In this document: in pieces, positions 11,153-23,528 of the stretch
How positions within the stretch are numbered: position 1 is the first letter of the stretch
Layout: each line of letters opens with the position of its first letter
Origin: Euprymna scolopes
Taxonomy: Eukaryota
Strand: one strand, 5' to 3'
Assembly (NCBI GenBank): GCA_053919585.1
Contig: CM132796.1
Length of the DNA stretch: 64,000 nt
Translations under genes and position numbers: made by a program
Notes under the pieces: model-generated
What the model was told of the DNA's origin: nothing
Seen by the model: the letters and a program-made list of their open reading frames with translations, nothing else
The model's database searches: none

Positions 11153-12121
11153 TGCTTATGACCTCCCTGATAAAATTGGTTCGGAAATGGGTATATTTGC
11201 CGATGATACCACTCTCTATAACAGATATGAGGGGAAAACAAATGAACACATATCCAAGGAAATGGCAGAAACACTAGAGGATGACCTCCAATCCGTAGTG
11301 GAATGGGGACAAAAATGGTTGGTCACATTCAATGCTGCTAAGATTAAGCTTGTTTCCTTCAATAACTACAAGAAACCTTCTCTACCACCAATAGCAGTGG
11401 CCAAGAACACATTGCCTGAAAGTACTTCTTTTAAACTCCTCGGCCTAACGTTTACAGGGAATATGAACTGGAATAGATACATTGAGAGCATTGCCTAGGC
11501 TGCTGCAAGGAAGATTGGCTCCCTCTACCGTGCTAGAAAACTACTTACGTCTGACAGTATCCTATACCTCTATAAGGCAACCATTCGCCCATGTATGGAG
11601 TACTGTTGTCACATCTGGGCTGGTGCATCTGCTGCTTGTCTCTGACTCCTGGACAGGGTTCAAAAGAGAGTCGCCAACCTGATAGGTCCTGAACTGTCAT
11701 CTAGGCTTCATCCTCTGTCCCATCGACGAGATGTTGCATCTTCTGCATGTTCTACAAATACTTTAATGGTGAATGCTCTGACGAAGTGCAAACACTTGTA
11801 CCTCCCCGACGTAACTACCCCGACAAACCCGACAAGCTACTTAGTCTCATCCCTTTAGAGTAGAGATCCCTAGGTGCAAGAAAGCCTTTTACTCCAATAG
11901 TTTCTTCCCCAGAACTGCGGGTCTTTGGAACTCCCTTCCGGGATTCTGCTTTCCCAACTGCACTGATATGCAGAAGTTCAAGTGTAATGTTAACAAACAT
12001 CTTGCTACTCATCTCCCTTCATAATGACCCCGCTAATTAAGTCCCTAATAGTAGCCCCCTGCTTCAAAGTGGCACTGTGCCTTGTTTGGGGCAAAAATTG
12101 AATAAAAACAACAAAAAAAAA
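11153..12121 (+). mobile_element. 5'-truncated CR1/Zenon-like LINE (divergent subfamily), RT C-terminal half with stop/frameshifts
   Basis: Motifs DLP...IFADDT, WLVTFNA, LLGLTF, IRPCMEYCCHIWAG. 3' stem-loop followed by AATAAA and an A-rich tail. Confidence 0.92.
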
Positions 12122-14316
12122 CTTTTAAAGGAAGAGTTTAACAAAATGTGTATTTATCATGAAATAGTAAGATTCAGCGGTTGTATTAGTCTACTAAGAG
12201 GTTTATGACAGTGAAAAAGTAGTTAGCGACACCATGAACGATACACGCTAAAACGTTGAGTGTGTTTCAGGTTTGAAACCAATTCGTTCTCAGAAATATT
12301 TTTCTGAAACCTATATTTGATTTCGTGTTAAACTTTCTAAGAATGTAAATAATAGAGGAGGCAGAACATTAACACACCCACTTGTTAACGGACAGTTGAA
12401 TAAAATATGTATTTCTCATTAAATAATGTTGTTCAGCCCTTTTATTAATTACACTACAGTATAAGGAAGATATGACGCTTATTAAGTGGTTTACGATACA
12501 CACTAAAACGCTTATTGTGTTTCATTTTTAAATCCAGTTCGTTCAACAGAACCACTTTCATCAGACCCACTTCTGACCTTATATCTAACTTTCTAGAAAG
12601 CATGTAAATGTTTTTTTTTATCACGCCACTATAAACAGATGCAAAATGAATGCAAACATTCATACATATTCATTTAAATAATTACAACACCTATCTTTGT
12701 TTATATTTCTCTGCTTTATTATACTTACATATACAGAAATATATATATATATATATATATATAAAGAGAGAGAGAGAGAAAGAAAGAGAGGTGGAAAGAA
12801 AAATATAAAGGAACTAACAATTTGTGTTCATAGACGTTTCCTATTTATTGCAAGACTTCCTCTGGGGAATGAAATAAATAAAACAAAGCACCAGTACAAA
12901 TATTTGAAAATATATTTTTTATGAAATCTGATGTATAACCCTATTCCATTTCAGAAACGGAAAAAGTCGTAAACGGCGGGCATAGTGTTTGGAAAGGGAA
13001 CATTTTTTATAATGCCCTGTAGTCATTAATATATTTAAAAAGATATGAGTCAATTCATATTCTTTTTGAAACAAATGCGTTATAATTCAAACAGATGTGA
13101 ATCTGAAATAAAATGAGTTTATTTTTGTTACGTAATTTATTGACTGATTATATGTATTAATTAATTTTCCATCACGGTATATCCCTATATATAATAATTT
13201 GATTGCAGAAATTCCCTTCTAGAATAAAATGCCGTAGGTTTGCAACAATAGATTGCACATACAAGTTTATTATGTGTACACTATTAGCCAATATTCGCTG
13301 GAACTATAGAATGACATTTTAGACAAATTAATACGTTATAATAAAACCCAAAATTGAATCCTTGGAGTGATATCATCACTATCGCAAAGATCTACAGTGG
13401 ATGTAAATGCTATTTTCCCTCTAAGAAAAAGTGATTCTCCCGCTCCCAGGTAGAAATATACACAGTACAACTATATTGTCTTGCCACCCTTATAAACTGC
13501 ATCATACACTGAGAGACTTACTAGTAACTTTACACTTCCCTATTCGAAAATAAATATTTCTCCTTACTTACATTCCGGGTATTCTTATTGGCTGAAAACG
13601 TAAAGATTTGTGACTCCGGTTTACACATACTGATACTAAAAACTAACACTTCAAATCTCCACCAATATGACCTCTACAAGGAAATTAGGGTTAATAAACA
13701 AAGATGAAGGTAAGTACTCCAATATATAAGCTTGTATACTCGGTTTGTATAACCTAAATACTCTGATTTCTGTCATGTGTCATTATATATTATTATTGTA
13801 TCGTAATACATCTTATGTATATTTGCCTTACCATCGAAAGAGTGCTTGCTTAATATGAGGATAGGCCTATGAGCTTCATGCTGAATTCAATATAAATTTT
13901 TACGTAGTGTAAATTTTTACGAAAAAACCAACAACTTAGGAAAATGTAACAAGCGGGTCGGGCCATGAACTATAACTATGCGTGTGGAGTTTGATAGAAA
14001 AAGGAAATTTATATAGTAAATGTATTCATGTCTGTTTCTACTTTAGATGTATCATTTGGTGGCAAGGTACAGGTACATATGTATATGTCTATATTTGTGT
14101 GAGTATGTATGTATAAGTGTATTTTATGTATGCATGTATGTTTGTATATTTATATATGTGTATCTATATATTTGTGTGTATGTTTGTATATGGATGAATT
14201 TCTGTGTGTATTGTATGTAGATGTATGTATATGCATATATATTCTTGAACTATTAGAATAGGCTGCTTCGTATATGATTGCTGTAACAATATAGACTACA
14301 AGAATGTATGGATGTC

Positions 14317-14448
14317 NNNNNNNNNNNNNNNNNNNNNNNNNNNNNNNNNNNNNNNNNNNNNNNNNNNNNNNNNNNNNNNNNNNNNNNNNNNNNNNNNNNN
14401 NNNNNNNNNNNNNNNNNNNNNNNNNNNNNNNNNNNNNNNNNNNNNNNN
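14317..14448. other. N run
   Basis: 132 N next to a low-complexity TG/TA-rich tract. Confidence 0.99.
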
Positions 14449-15002
14449 GTGGTAGCATAGTATTGCATATACGAAGGGGTTACCACGCTACAGAAGTAAA
14501 GAAAAATGCTATTATTCGTCTCTGTATGGCTGTAATGTGTGTGTGTATATATGCGCGGGTGTAGCAAAATGTAGGCATTTATAAGTATATTGATATATGT
14601 ATACAGGTACATGTGGGGTTTAGATAACTTCCGTGTTTTATATTTATTCATATTTTGTTTGTTTATTTGTTTTATTTATTTTTATTTAATTTTATTTATT
14701 TTTTGTTTTGTTTTATTTACCTTAATGTAATTTTAACTCTATTCCTGCGTAGTTTCAGAGTTATTGTCTAGTTTCAGTATGTGTGTTGTGAATAAAAAAA
14801 GCATACAGCTTGGATTCGCTTTTGGATATACGTATTGATGTGTGTGTGTGTGTGTGTGTGTGTGGCGGTGTCTGTGTATGTGTGTGTTGTATGTGTGTTG
14901 CATGTGTGTGTGGGTGGAGGTAGATTAAAAGGCACCGGTCAGTACTTGGTTGACCATCGCTAAGGTTCTTAACTTACAGACTCCAAGACAAGAAAACTAA
15001 AT

Positions 15003-16341
15003 TCTCAAGTACCTCAGCAGAAATAACCTTCTTAGTGACACACAATATGGTTTCCGCTCTGCAAGATCTACCGCAGATGTGCTGACGGTTATATCCCTCA
15101 GGATTAGTGAATCTCTTGACAAAGGCTTCCTTTCTAGGGCAATTGCTCTTGAAATATCAAAGGCCTTTGACAAAGTATGGCATAAGGGTCTACTTCACAA
15201 GATTTCCAGCTACGGTATAACTGGAAATGTTTTCTCAATTATTAAATCATTTCTCTCCGATAGGCTCATAAGAGTAGTGGTAGATGGACAAAAATCGGAG
15301 GCCTGCAATATATATGCTGGAGTCCCTCAGGGGTCAATCCTGGGCCCAACTCTCTTCCTGATCTACATCAATGACCTCCCTAAACACATACTTAAATCAT
15401 TCGTTGACATCATTGCTGATGACACGACCATCTACGGCAACACATCAAAGGCTGTAAATGACGAAGTTCTCTCGGATTCTCTCTCCTCTGATCTCGAGCG
15501 CGTGGTTCAGTGGGGGAAGATGTGGCTAGTTACCTTTAATGCATCTAAAACCAAACTCCTATCCTTACATCATCAACGCTCTGATCCCTAGCTAGCATCG
15601 ATTGTGATGGATGGCTCTCGTCTGGGTGAGGCCCCGTGTTTTGACAAGCTTCTGGGTTTGACCTTTACTCCTGATCTGAAATGGAACACGTACATCAAGT
15701 CTGTTGCCAAGGTCGCAGGAAAGATGGTGGGATCCTTCTGCCGCTCCAGAAGATATCTCACTACTGATGCAATTCTCTATCTATATAAAAGCCAAGTACG
15801 GCCAAGGATGGAATACTGTTGCCATATCTGGACAGGAGCTGCCAAAAACAGCCTATCATGCCTTGACAGAGTACAAAATAGACTTCGTGGTTTAGTGGGG
15901 GATGCCCTTTTCTCTACCCTGCAACCCCTCTCCCACAGAAGAGACGTTGCGAGCCTATCCTTGTTTTATCGTTATTTTCATGGCAGGTGCTCGTCTGAAC
16001 TCCAATCCCTGGTCCCCCCTCGCCAATCTTTCACGAAAAACACCCGTCTAGCCGAATCCACTGTGAAAAAATTCCCCCACTCTATATCTGTGCCTAAATC
16101 AAAACGCGGATTTCATGAGCAAAGCTTCTTTCTTAGAACTGAACGCCTGTGGAACTCTGTTCTGTCTTCCTGCTTCCCTCCGGACTACAACTTGGATGTC
16201 TTCAAGTCTAATGTTAACAAATTCCTAATGAACCGCCCCCCTAATCAAACACTTCATAAAATCTCCTCACTAACGTGATGTACTTGCAATAACCCTTATC
16301 CCTGAGTGGCTTCCGGGCCTTGATAAGTGGTGATCACTGTG
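15003..16341 (+). mobile_element. 5'-truncated CR1/Zenon-like LINE; RT ORF split by one in-frame stop at 15589-15591
   Basis: QYGFR, KAFDKVWH, GVPQGSILGP, IADD, VRPRMEYCCHIW, LFYRYFHGRCSSEL, RLWN. The 3' UTR runs into an N gap. Confidence 0.95.
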
Positions 16342-16488
16342 NNNNNNNNNNNNNNNNNNNNNNNNNNNNNNNNNNNNNNNNNNNNNNNNNNNNNNNNNNN
16401 NNNNNNNNNNNNNNNNNNNNNNNNNNNNNNNNNNNNNNNNNNNNNNNNNNNNNNNNNNNNNNNNNNNNNNNNNNNNNNNNNNNNNNNN
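16342..16488. other. N run
   Basis: 147 N at the expected position of the LINE 3' tail. Confidence 0.99.
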
Positions 16489-17144
16489 GGGTTTTTATTA
16501 TGTGTGTATAAACAGTAGAATATGATATCTTCATAGCGCAATACCCAATAAATGGATTTATTGCGTTTTATTATGTCATGCCTGTATTAATTCATTTTTA
16601 CATGGAATTCAATAATGAAAATCGTTTCTTTTCTAATAAAATAGCCTATTTGTGTAATATCGATTAAATTTATATTGTTTGCGTTTTTATTTTTATTGTT
16701 TTTTGTTATATAGATTAAATTCATATTGTTTCGCTTTTTTTATTTTTATAATTTTAATCTCCAGGGGGGAAAGGATATTTTCATTCTCAGCACTGATTAA
16801 CAATTAACGGATTGGCCCCTATATAAAATACGTTACATTGATATATTTTTATTGTCGGGGGAAGAAGAACACAGAGTCGACAGATGGTTCTTGTCAGGAG
16901 ACAATCGCCAACAAACTGCCGATAGCAATGGGGAGTTGTTAATATATTACGATTTGCGACCATCTGCAAATGTTTGTGCGGGACTTCGCTGTCAATGTGG
17001 CGTTTTTGTGTTTATGTGACATCTGTTGCTTCGTTTGTTGCGAGTAGTTCTAATGAATAGTTATTTAATTTTGCAACATATATTTTCAAGTAAATCAAGT
17101 CTAGATCTTAAAATCTTGGAATTGGAAATTGAGACTTTCTCTGT

Positions 17145-17211
<67 letters not shown>

Positions 17212-17747
17212 TAATACAAGGGTACGCTGATAGTTATATACCTCATATAGTTTGGATAATACTAATATCTTTAGCACTGAAATGTTACCTTAGATATGTT
17301 TGTTAGCTATAATGCACAGAAATGTTGTTGGTCGTGGAAAGGGCAAAAATCGTAGGTTTACGAAAATCTCAAATGTTAAGATGTAGTGACCGTTGTTGTT
17401 CCTGTATTAAACTCACGCCAACTCGAGCGCAAGATAGACACGTTTCACTGAACTTTCGTCAAATTTATCTGACCATGTAACATGCATCGCGGCTCAGTGT
17501 GACTCGGGAATTATTCTGATCTCAGCCGGAAATGTTTAAATCGTTCGTCAACGAAATAGGAATATACAGATTTTACTAAACAAATACTTTTGGTGTTCTG
17601 TTGGTTACATCATCCTTAACACAAGTGGCAAATTAAGTAACTCTTTAAGGCTAATTATTTAACATCTACATTATTTAGAAAAATGTACCTAACTTAGTTG
17701 TTATTCTCACAACAATTCAGCCGATGTAACATCCGATCCTTTTCAGA

Positions 17748-18020
17748 ATCTATATATCTACTATTATATAAAATTTATTTTGTGTGTGTGAGTTCCTTCC
17801 TCATAGGTTTCGAAACGGCCGAGCCTATCTTTAAATTTCACACAAAGCTTATTTATATGTCTGGCAGTTTCCGTAGATATTTTTTGTACAGATATTCCTC
17901 CGATAAGTATAAAAATCGAAAACATCCGATCCTAAAAATATTTTTTTTTATAAAGAAAACTAATTTTTGCAGGGGAATATTTTTGACTTACACCGGACAA
18001 TGGGGTTAATTCTCAGCAAA
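17748..18020 (+). mobile_element. Non-autonomous Helitron-like element
   Basis: Starts ATCTATATATCTACTATTATATAAAAT...(TG)n, then gaaacggccgagcctatc. Ends in a degenerate hairpin/terminus (ccggacaatggggttaattctcagc). Confidence 0.5.
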
Positions 18021-18084
18021 TATATGATGATTCAATTCTGATCAAATAATTTATTCTTAAAAAATAACATTACTATTGCCATAT

Positions 18085-18156
18085 GGAGATAGAGCTTAGT
18101 GGTAGTGTATTCGACTACAGATCGAATAGTCTCCTATTCAAACGCGGGTGTATCTC
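18085..18156 (+). pseudogene. tRNA-Cys-derived pseudogene (anticodon reads ACA)
   Basis: Collinear with eukaryotic tRNA-Cys(GCA). Perfect anticodon stem TTCGA/TCGAA, loop CTACAGA, A-box-like AGCTTAGTGG. The T-arm/B-box is damaged. Confidence 0.72.
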
Positions 18157-18345
18157 ACAACTGTATATGTTAATGTTTTCTTATTAATAAGTTCAAAAAA
18201 GAGGCACCATTTAAAGTCGCCGCAAATTATTTCTTTGTTTTAATATTTGAAAACTAAACATCAATCAGAAGTTAATTTTCGAGAGAATTCATCGACAAAC
18301 TCAAAGATCAGCTGCCGTGATATTGAAAACAAACACAATTGGATT

Positions 18346-18810
18346 TAGTGGGATCCTTCTGCCGCTCCAGTAGATATCTCACTCCTGATGCAATTCTCTA
18401 CCTATACAAAAGCCAGGTACGGACAATGATGGAGTACTGTTGCCACATATGGGCAGGAGCTGCTAGAAGCAGCTTATTCTGCTTTGACAGAGTTCAAAAT
18501 AGACGTCGTAGATTAGTTATGAATGCCCTTTTCACTTCCCTCCAATCCCTTCCCCGCAGAAGAGACTTGCGAGCCTGTCTCTGTTTTATTATTATTTTCA
18601 TGGCAAGTGCTCATCTAAGCTTCAATCTATGGTCCCTCCTCGCTAATCTTTCACGAAAAACTCGTCTAGCTACAACCACTATCAATAATCTCCCACACTC
18701 TTGATCTCTGCCTAAACCTAAAGGTTGATTCTATGACCCAAACTTCTTTCTTAGAACTGCACGCCTGTGGAACTCCCTTCCGTGTGCATGCTTTGCAGCT
18801 GACTACTGCT
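18346..18810 (+). mobile_element. Degenerate 3' fragment of a CR1/Zenon-like LINE
   Basis: VGSFCRSSRYLTPDAILYLYKSQVRTMMEYCCHIWAGAA, homologous to the 15.7-kb and 26.5-kb copies, with frameshifts downstream. Confidence 0.92.
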
Positions 18811-18886
18811 TTCTGTAAAATACTTCAAGTAAAAACAGGAAAGAGAAAAGAAAGAAATAAATTAATAAATATTGGAATTGAAAAAA

Positions 18887-21683
18887 ATGACAGAACAACA
18901 ATACCGGTCACATAAAAAAATGGATTTGCTAACGCTAGTTTTAATGATTAAGGACAACGGAGAAGTAACCAGTACTGGTTTTTCCCAAAATGCCATCTGA
19001 TCAACTATAGATACATTTTAATATGCTCCTGAGGATGACCCAACGTTTTAGGCATATTTTAGAAGATTCAAAGACATTTTTAAGATGGATTGCCGGTCAT
19101 GAACGGATCAAAAGAAGGCTCGTGTATTGCTACGAAAGTTGGGTGCATCCAAACATAACAAATTTGTGGACTATATTTTACCAAGAAAAAACAACGAATT
19201 GTCTTTTGACGAAGCATTCAAACTGTTAATGGAGTTATACTGTCCAAAAAGAAGCATTTTTCTATGAAAAATGAAAATGCATGAATCTTACACGTAAGAA
19301 GACTCAGGACTATACGAATTTTGCGTCTATAGTAAATAAGCCCTGGGCGATTTCATCTTATTGTCATTAACGGCGGACAATTTCAAATTTCTAATATTCA
19401 AACAAGGTTTGGCAGCCATAAAAGACGCCTATATAAGACGTCGTGCTCTAAATAAATTGGAATTAGAACCTGATTGACGCTTCAAACATTGGACACCCCC
19501 CAGTAAGCAATTACCAAGAGGCAAAAAGAACCCATCGCAAAATTATCAGGATAGAAAAAATCCTAGGGCCCCTTGTAACAAATGTGAAGAACCTTATGGG
19601 TACAATGCATGTGACCTATGTAAGCGAGCGGGGCATAAGGCCTCATATTGCAGAGCAAAAGTAGCAAAAAGAGCTACATAAAACTGCAAAAATGGACTCT
19701 TCAACAACAGACAACGTATGGAAATAGGTTACGGTGAGAATCAGAAATAAGGAAGTGAAACTGCAACCTGAATCAGGCTCGGATTTATCAATTACAAATT
19801 TTCACACGTTGAAGGGATTAAGAAAGCCAATGGTGAAAAAGACGAATAAAGCCGCAAAATCGGTAACTGGTAAAAAAGATCAATTTTGAGGGCGAAGGAG
19901 TTATTAATGTTTTACTAAAAGGAATGACAAAAAAGCGAAGTGTTCGTTCTATGGAACGCAACGAACTTATTCGATACCGATTAGATTCAGGAATTATGGG
20001 ACTCACCAATGAGTGATTTTTGTCACAAAGTCGAAAACCTAACGGCCGAAGCAGACAAACTCAAAAAGATCTCAAAGAAACTTTCCCGAGTGTGTTCTCT
20101 AAAAAGTTTGGATACTGCACAACAATAAAAACGAGATTCAGATTGTTGGATGAAGCAAAACCAATATCCAAAAAGCCACGGAGCGTACCGTTCCCTTTGA
20201 GGGAAAAATTGAAGCAGAATTGGAAACAATAGTCAATACAGGGATTTTGACACCTATTACCTATAGTGGGTGAGCAGCCCCCACTGTATACGTGATATTT
20301 TTTAAAAAGATTAGAGTATGTGCAGACTTCTCTACCGGATTGAATGCGGCTCTCAAGGACCATCACTCTTTGCTACAACACCCGGACGAAGTATTCGCGC
20401 AGTTAAATGGCGGAAAATTGTTTTCCAATATAGATTTAAGCAAGGCGAACCTACAAATATCAGTAGAGGAAGATAGGTCGAAATTTGTGTGTATCTCAAC
20501 ACACAAAGGACTTTATAACTTCAATAGATTAGCATTTGGTATAAAAGTAGTACCTGCACATTTCCAACAGGTGATCGATACTTTGCTAAGCGGTTTGGAT
20601 TTCGCAATAGGCTATCTGGACGATATTCTTATGAGTAGTCAAAATGTTGAACAACATAAAGATTATGTATTTCAAGTGTTTGACAGAATAAAAGAATACG
20701 GCTTCACATTGAAGGAAGCAAAATGCGAATTCTTTGGAACAAATTAAATACCTGGGTCATATAATAGATAACGACGGGAGAAATCCCGATCCGGATAGGT
20801 TCACCGCTATAAAAGACATATCAGATTTTTTAGGGCTCGCGAACTATTATCAAATGTTCATTAAGAACCTGCATAAATTGCGCGCGCCATTGACTGTACT
20901 ATTTAAAAAAAGGTAAAAAAATATGGGACTGGACGTCTGAGTGCCAGGCAGCGTTGAAGAAATTAAAAGTAGTATTAACGTCAGATTTATCCCTGACTCA
21001 CTTCAATCCAAAACAAGAGATTAGTTCTTATAGAATCGGGGCATGTATTCTACACAAGAGGCCTGATGGGTCCACTAAGCCGATCGCCCACGCATCAACA
21101 ACTTTACGGCCTGCTGAAAGGAATTACTGCCAAATCAAAAAGGAAGTTCTTGGGATCATATTAGGTGTTAAAAATTTCCACCGATTTTTTTGACTCTAAA
21201 AACAGGTATTTCAAGTTTCACAGCCAACAAATTCGGAAACGTATCACAGATGACGAAAGACAACCTCCTGTTGAACAAGAAGAGGTAATGAACCAGATAT
21301 ATGACACGTTCGACCTGATAACACCACAAGCAGCCGGACAACTCTCGTTTTCCAGAAAAAAAGGAAAATGACCGACCCGATAGAGATCAACTCTAGGTAA
21401 AAAGAGCTATACGATTAATTCAGGGGAATGTAAAGCTCGGGAGGGACGTGTTGTGCAGTACAAATAACCCCTATTTGAAAACTAAGTAAAATCAACCAGT
21501 CCTATGAATACCACTGGTTTCAGAGACCAAATGGAGACATTCATACCATGTTTAACCGCATGCTGCGAACACGTTTCTCTCATACCACTTTAGTGGCTTT
21601 TGTATGCTTTATGATAAATACATATTATATTGAACTGACGCAATTAATCAAGCTTCGTGATTATCGGTTTTCATACTCGAGCA
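18887..21683 (+). mobile_element. Degenerate Gypsy/Ty3 LTR retrotransposon (gag-PR-RT-RNase H; integrase core deleted; probable 3' LTR)
   Basis: gag YAPEDDPTF, CCHC knuckle CDLCKRAGHKASYC (~19610-19651), decayed protease site LQPESGSD, RT IRVCADFSTGLN...GYLDD, RNase H PIAHAS...AERNYCQIKKE. A purine tract GGGAGGGA precedes TGTTGTG at 21449. Many stops and frameshifts; the LTR end is approximate. Confidence 0.9.
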
Positions 21684-22137
21684 TGCGTATAATGTTGTTT
21701 TTTTTTTTTTTGCAAAAATGCCCTGCAAGTCAGCTTCGATGTTACTGTTTCTGATGTCTCTGCTCTTGGCTTGCCAGACCACCTATATACATTTGCATAT
21801 ATTAATTTACTTGACACGTACTCGTTTTGTATATACCAATCGTAATGGATTAAAAAAATGCTAATAAATAAAATATTTTATAATGAAAAAAATCTCTTAT
21901 TATTTAAATCTTGTAAATTTGGAAAAAAAGTCCAAGCTAAATGACTGCTTCTTTTAGTGTCCAGAGCATATAAAGTGTACTGTAATAATTAACCAAGTTC
22001 TATACTATTCCTTAATGAGAAGCAACAGCATATTGCGTCGGTTACATGAACCATTGTAGCTGTAAAAAAATGGTGTTTTTATAAGTTATTTAAGGAAAAC
22101 ATCTAATGAGTACATGAATAAATATGCAGCGATAACA

Positions 22138-22139
<2 letters not shown>

Positions 22140-22203
<64 letters not shown>
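22140..22203. repeat. (TA)n microsatellite (others at ~9160, 17148, 23483, 27613, 27820)
   Basis: Visible in sequence. Confidence 0.97.
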
Positions 22204-22206
<3 letters not shown>

Positions 22207-22321
22207 CCCGATGCAGGTGTATAATCCAATATATTATAACTGCAAGTAAACTAAACTATTAGAAACTTACATATTTTTTGTCAAAACAAATTTATATATA
22301 GAAATTTATTTATAAGAAATA

Positions 22322-22925
22322 CCGCTCTAGGAGATATCTCACTACTGATGCAATTCTCTATCTATATAAAAGCCAAGTACGCACAAGGATGGAATACTGC
22401 TGCCATATCTGGGCAGGAGCTGCTAAAAACAGCCTATCCTGCCTTGACAGAGTACAAAATAGACTCCGTGGCTTAGTGGGGGATACCCTTTTCTCTACCC
22501 TGCAACCTCTCTCCCACAGAAGAGACGTTGCGAGCCTTTCCTTGTTTTATCGTTATTTCCATGGTAGGTGCTCGTCTGAACTCCAATCTCTGGTCCCCCC
22601 TCGCCAATCTTTCACGAAAAACACCCGTCTAGCCGAATCCACTGTGAAAAATTTCCCCACTCTTTATCTGTGCCTAAATCACAACGCGGATTCCATGAAC
22701 AAAGCTTCTTTCTTAGAACTGCACGCCTGTGGAACTCTGTTTCGTCTGCCTGCTTCCCACCTGACTACAATTTGGATGTCTTCAAGTCCAACCTTAACAA
22801 ATTCCTAATGAATCGCCCCCTTTAGTAAACACTTTCAAATCTCCACACTAACGTACTTGCAATAACCCTTATCCCTGAGTGGCTTCCGGGCCTTAATAAG
22901 TGGTGACCACCATGTAAAAAAAAAA
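22322..22925 (+). mobile_element. 5'-truncated CR1/Zenon-like LINE 3' end with poly(A), same subfamily as 15003-16341
   Basis: Very similar to 15741-16340, including the 3' UTR aacccttatccctgagtggcttccgggcctt. Ends in an A10 tract. Confidence 0.95.
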
Positions 22926-23034
22926 CATAATTACTAGTCGAAATACGAAACGTTATAACACTGGATACCTTCTGAAAAGTTAATTGATTTTAACAGCACA
23001 AATGAGAATTACTTAAATTTAAAACTTGGAGAAT

Positions 23035-23215
23035 NNNNNNNNNNNNNNNNNNNNNNNNNNNNNNNNNNNNNNNNNNNNNNNNNNNNNNNNNNNNNNNNNN
23101 NNNNNNNNNNNNNNNNNNNNNNNNNNNNNNNNNNNNNNNNNNNNNNNNNNNNNNNNNNNNNNNNNNNNNNNNNNNNNNNNNNNNNNNNNNNNNNNNNNNN
23201 NNNNNNNNNNNNNNN
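23035..23215. other. N run
   Basis: 181 N. Confidence 0.99.
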
Positions 23216-23435
23216 NGACGCACCTAATTTAGTAACCGAATAAAAGCAAGTATATACGAACAAAAAAAGGAGAAATGTGAAGTCAGCTACAGTGAATCAC
23301 GACTATTCTATCATCAATATTTGATAATCAAGAAAATCGATGTCAGAATTCAAATCCGGAAATTAAAATGTAATTACACGGTAATAAGAGCGCGCAATAG
23401 TTTTTATATCAGAGTCTGAAACACACACATACTCG

Positions 23436-23471
<36 letters not shown>

Positions 23472-23476
23472 CGAGC

Positions 23477-23527
<51 letters not shown>

Positions 23528-23528
<1 letters not shown>

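Noticed and set aside
14933-14956. Short 5S-like string ccggtcagtacttggttgacc
   Set aside because: Only ~20 nt with a gap; too short to call.
19029-19050. CTGAGGATGACC hammerhead-like start
   Set aside because: No closing stem II or GAAA follows; it lies in Gypsy gag coding sequence (APEDD).
6157-23263. ORFs spanning N runs or microsatellites
   Set aside because: Artefacts of unknown bases and low-complexity sequence.
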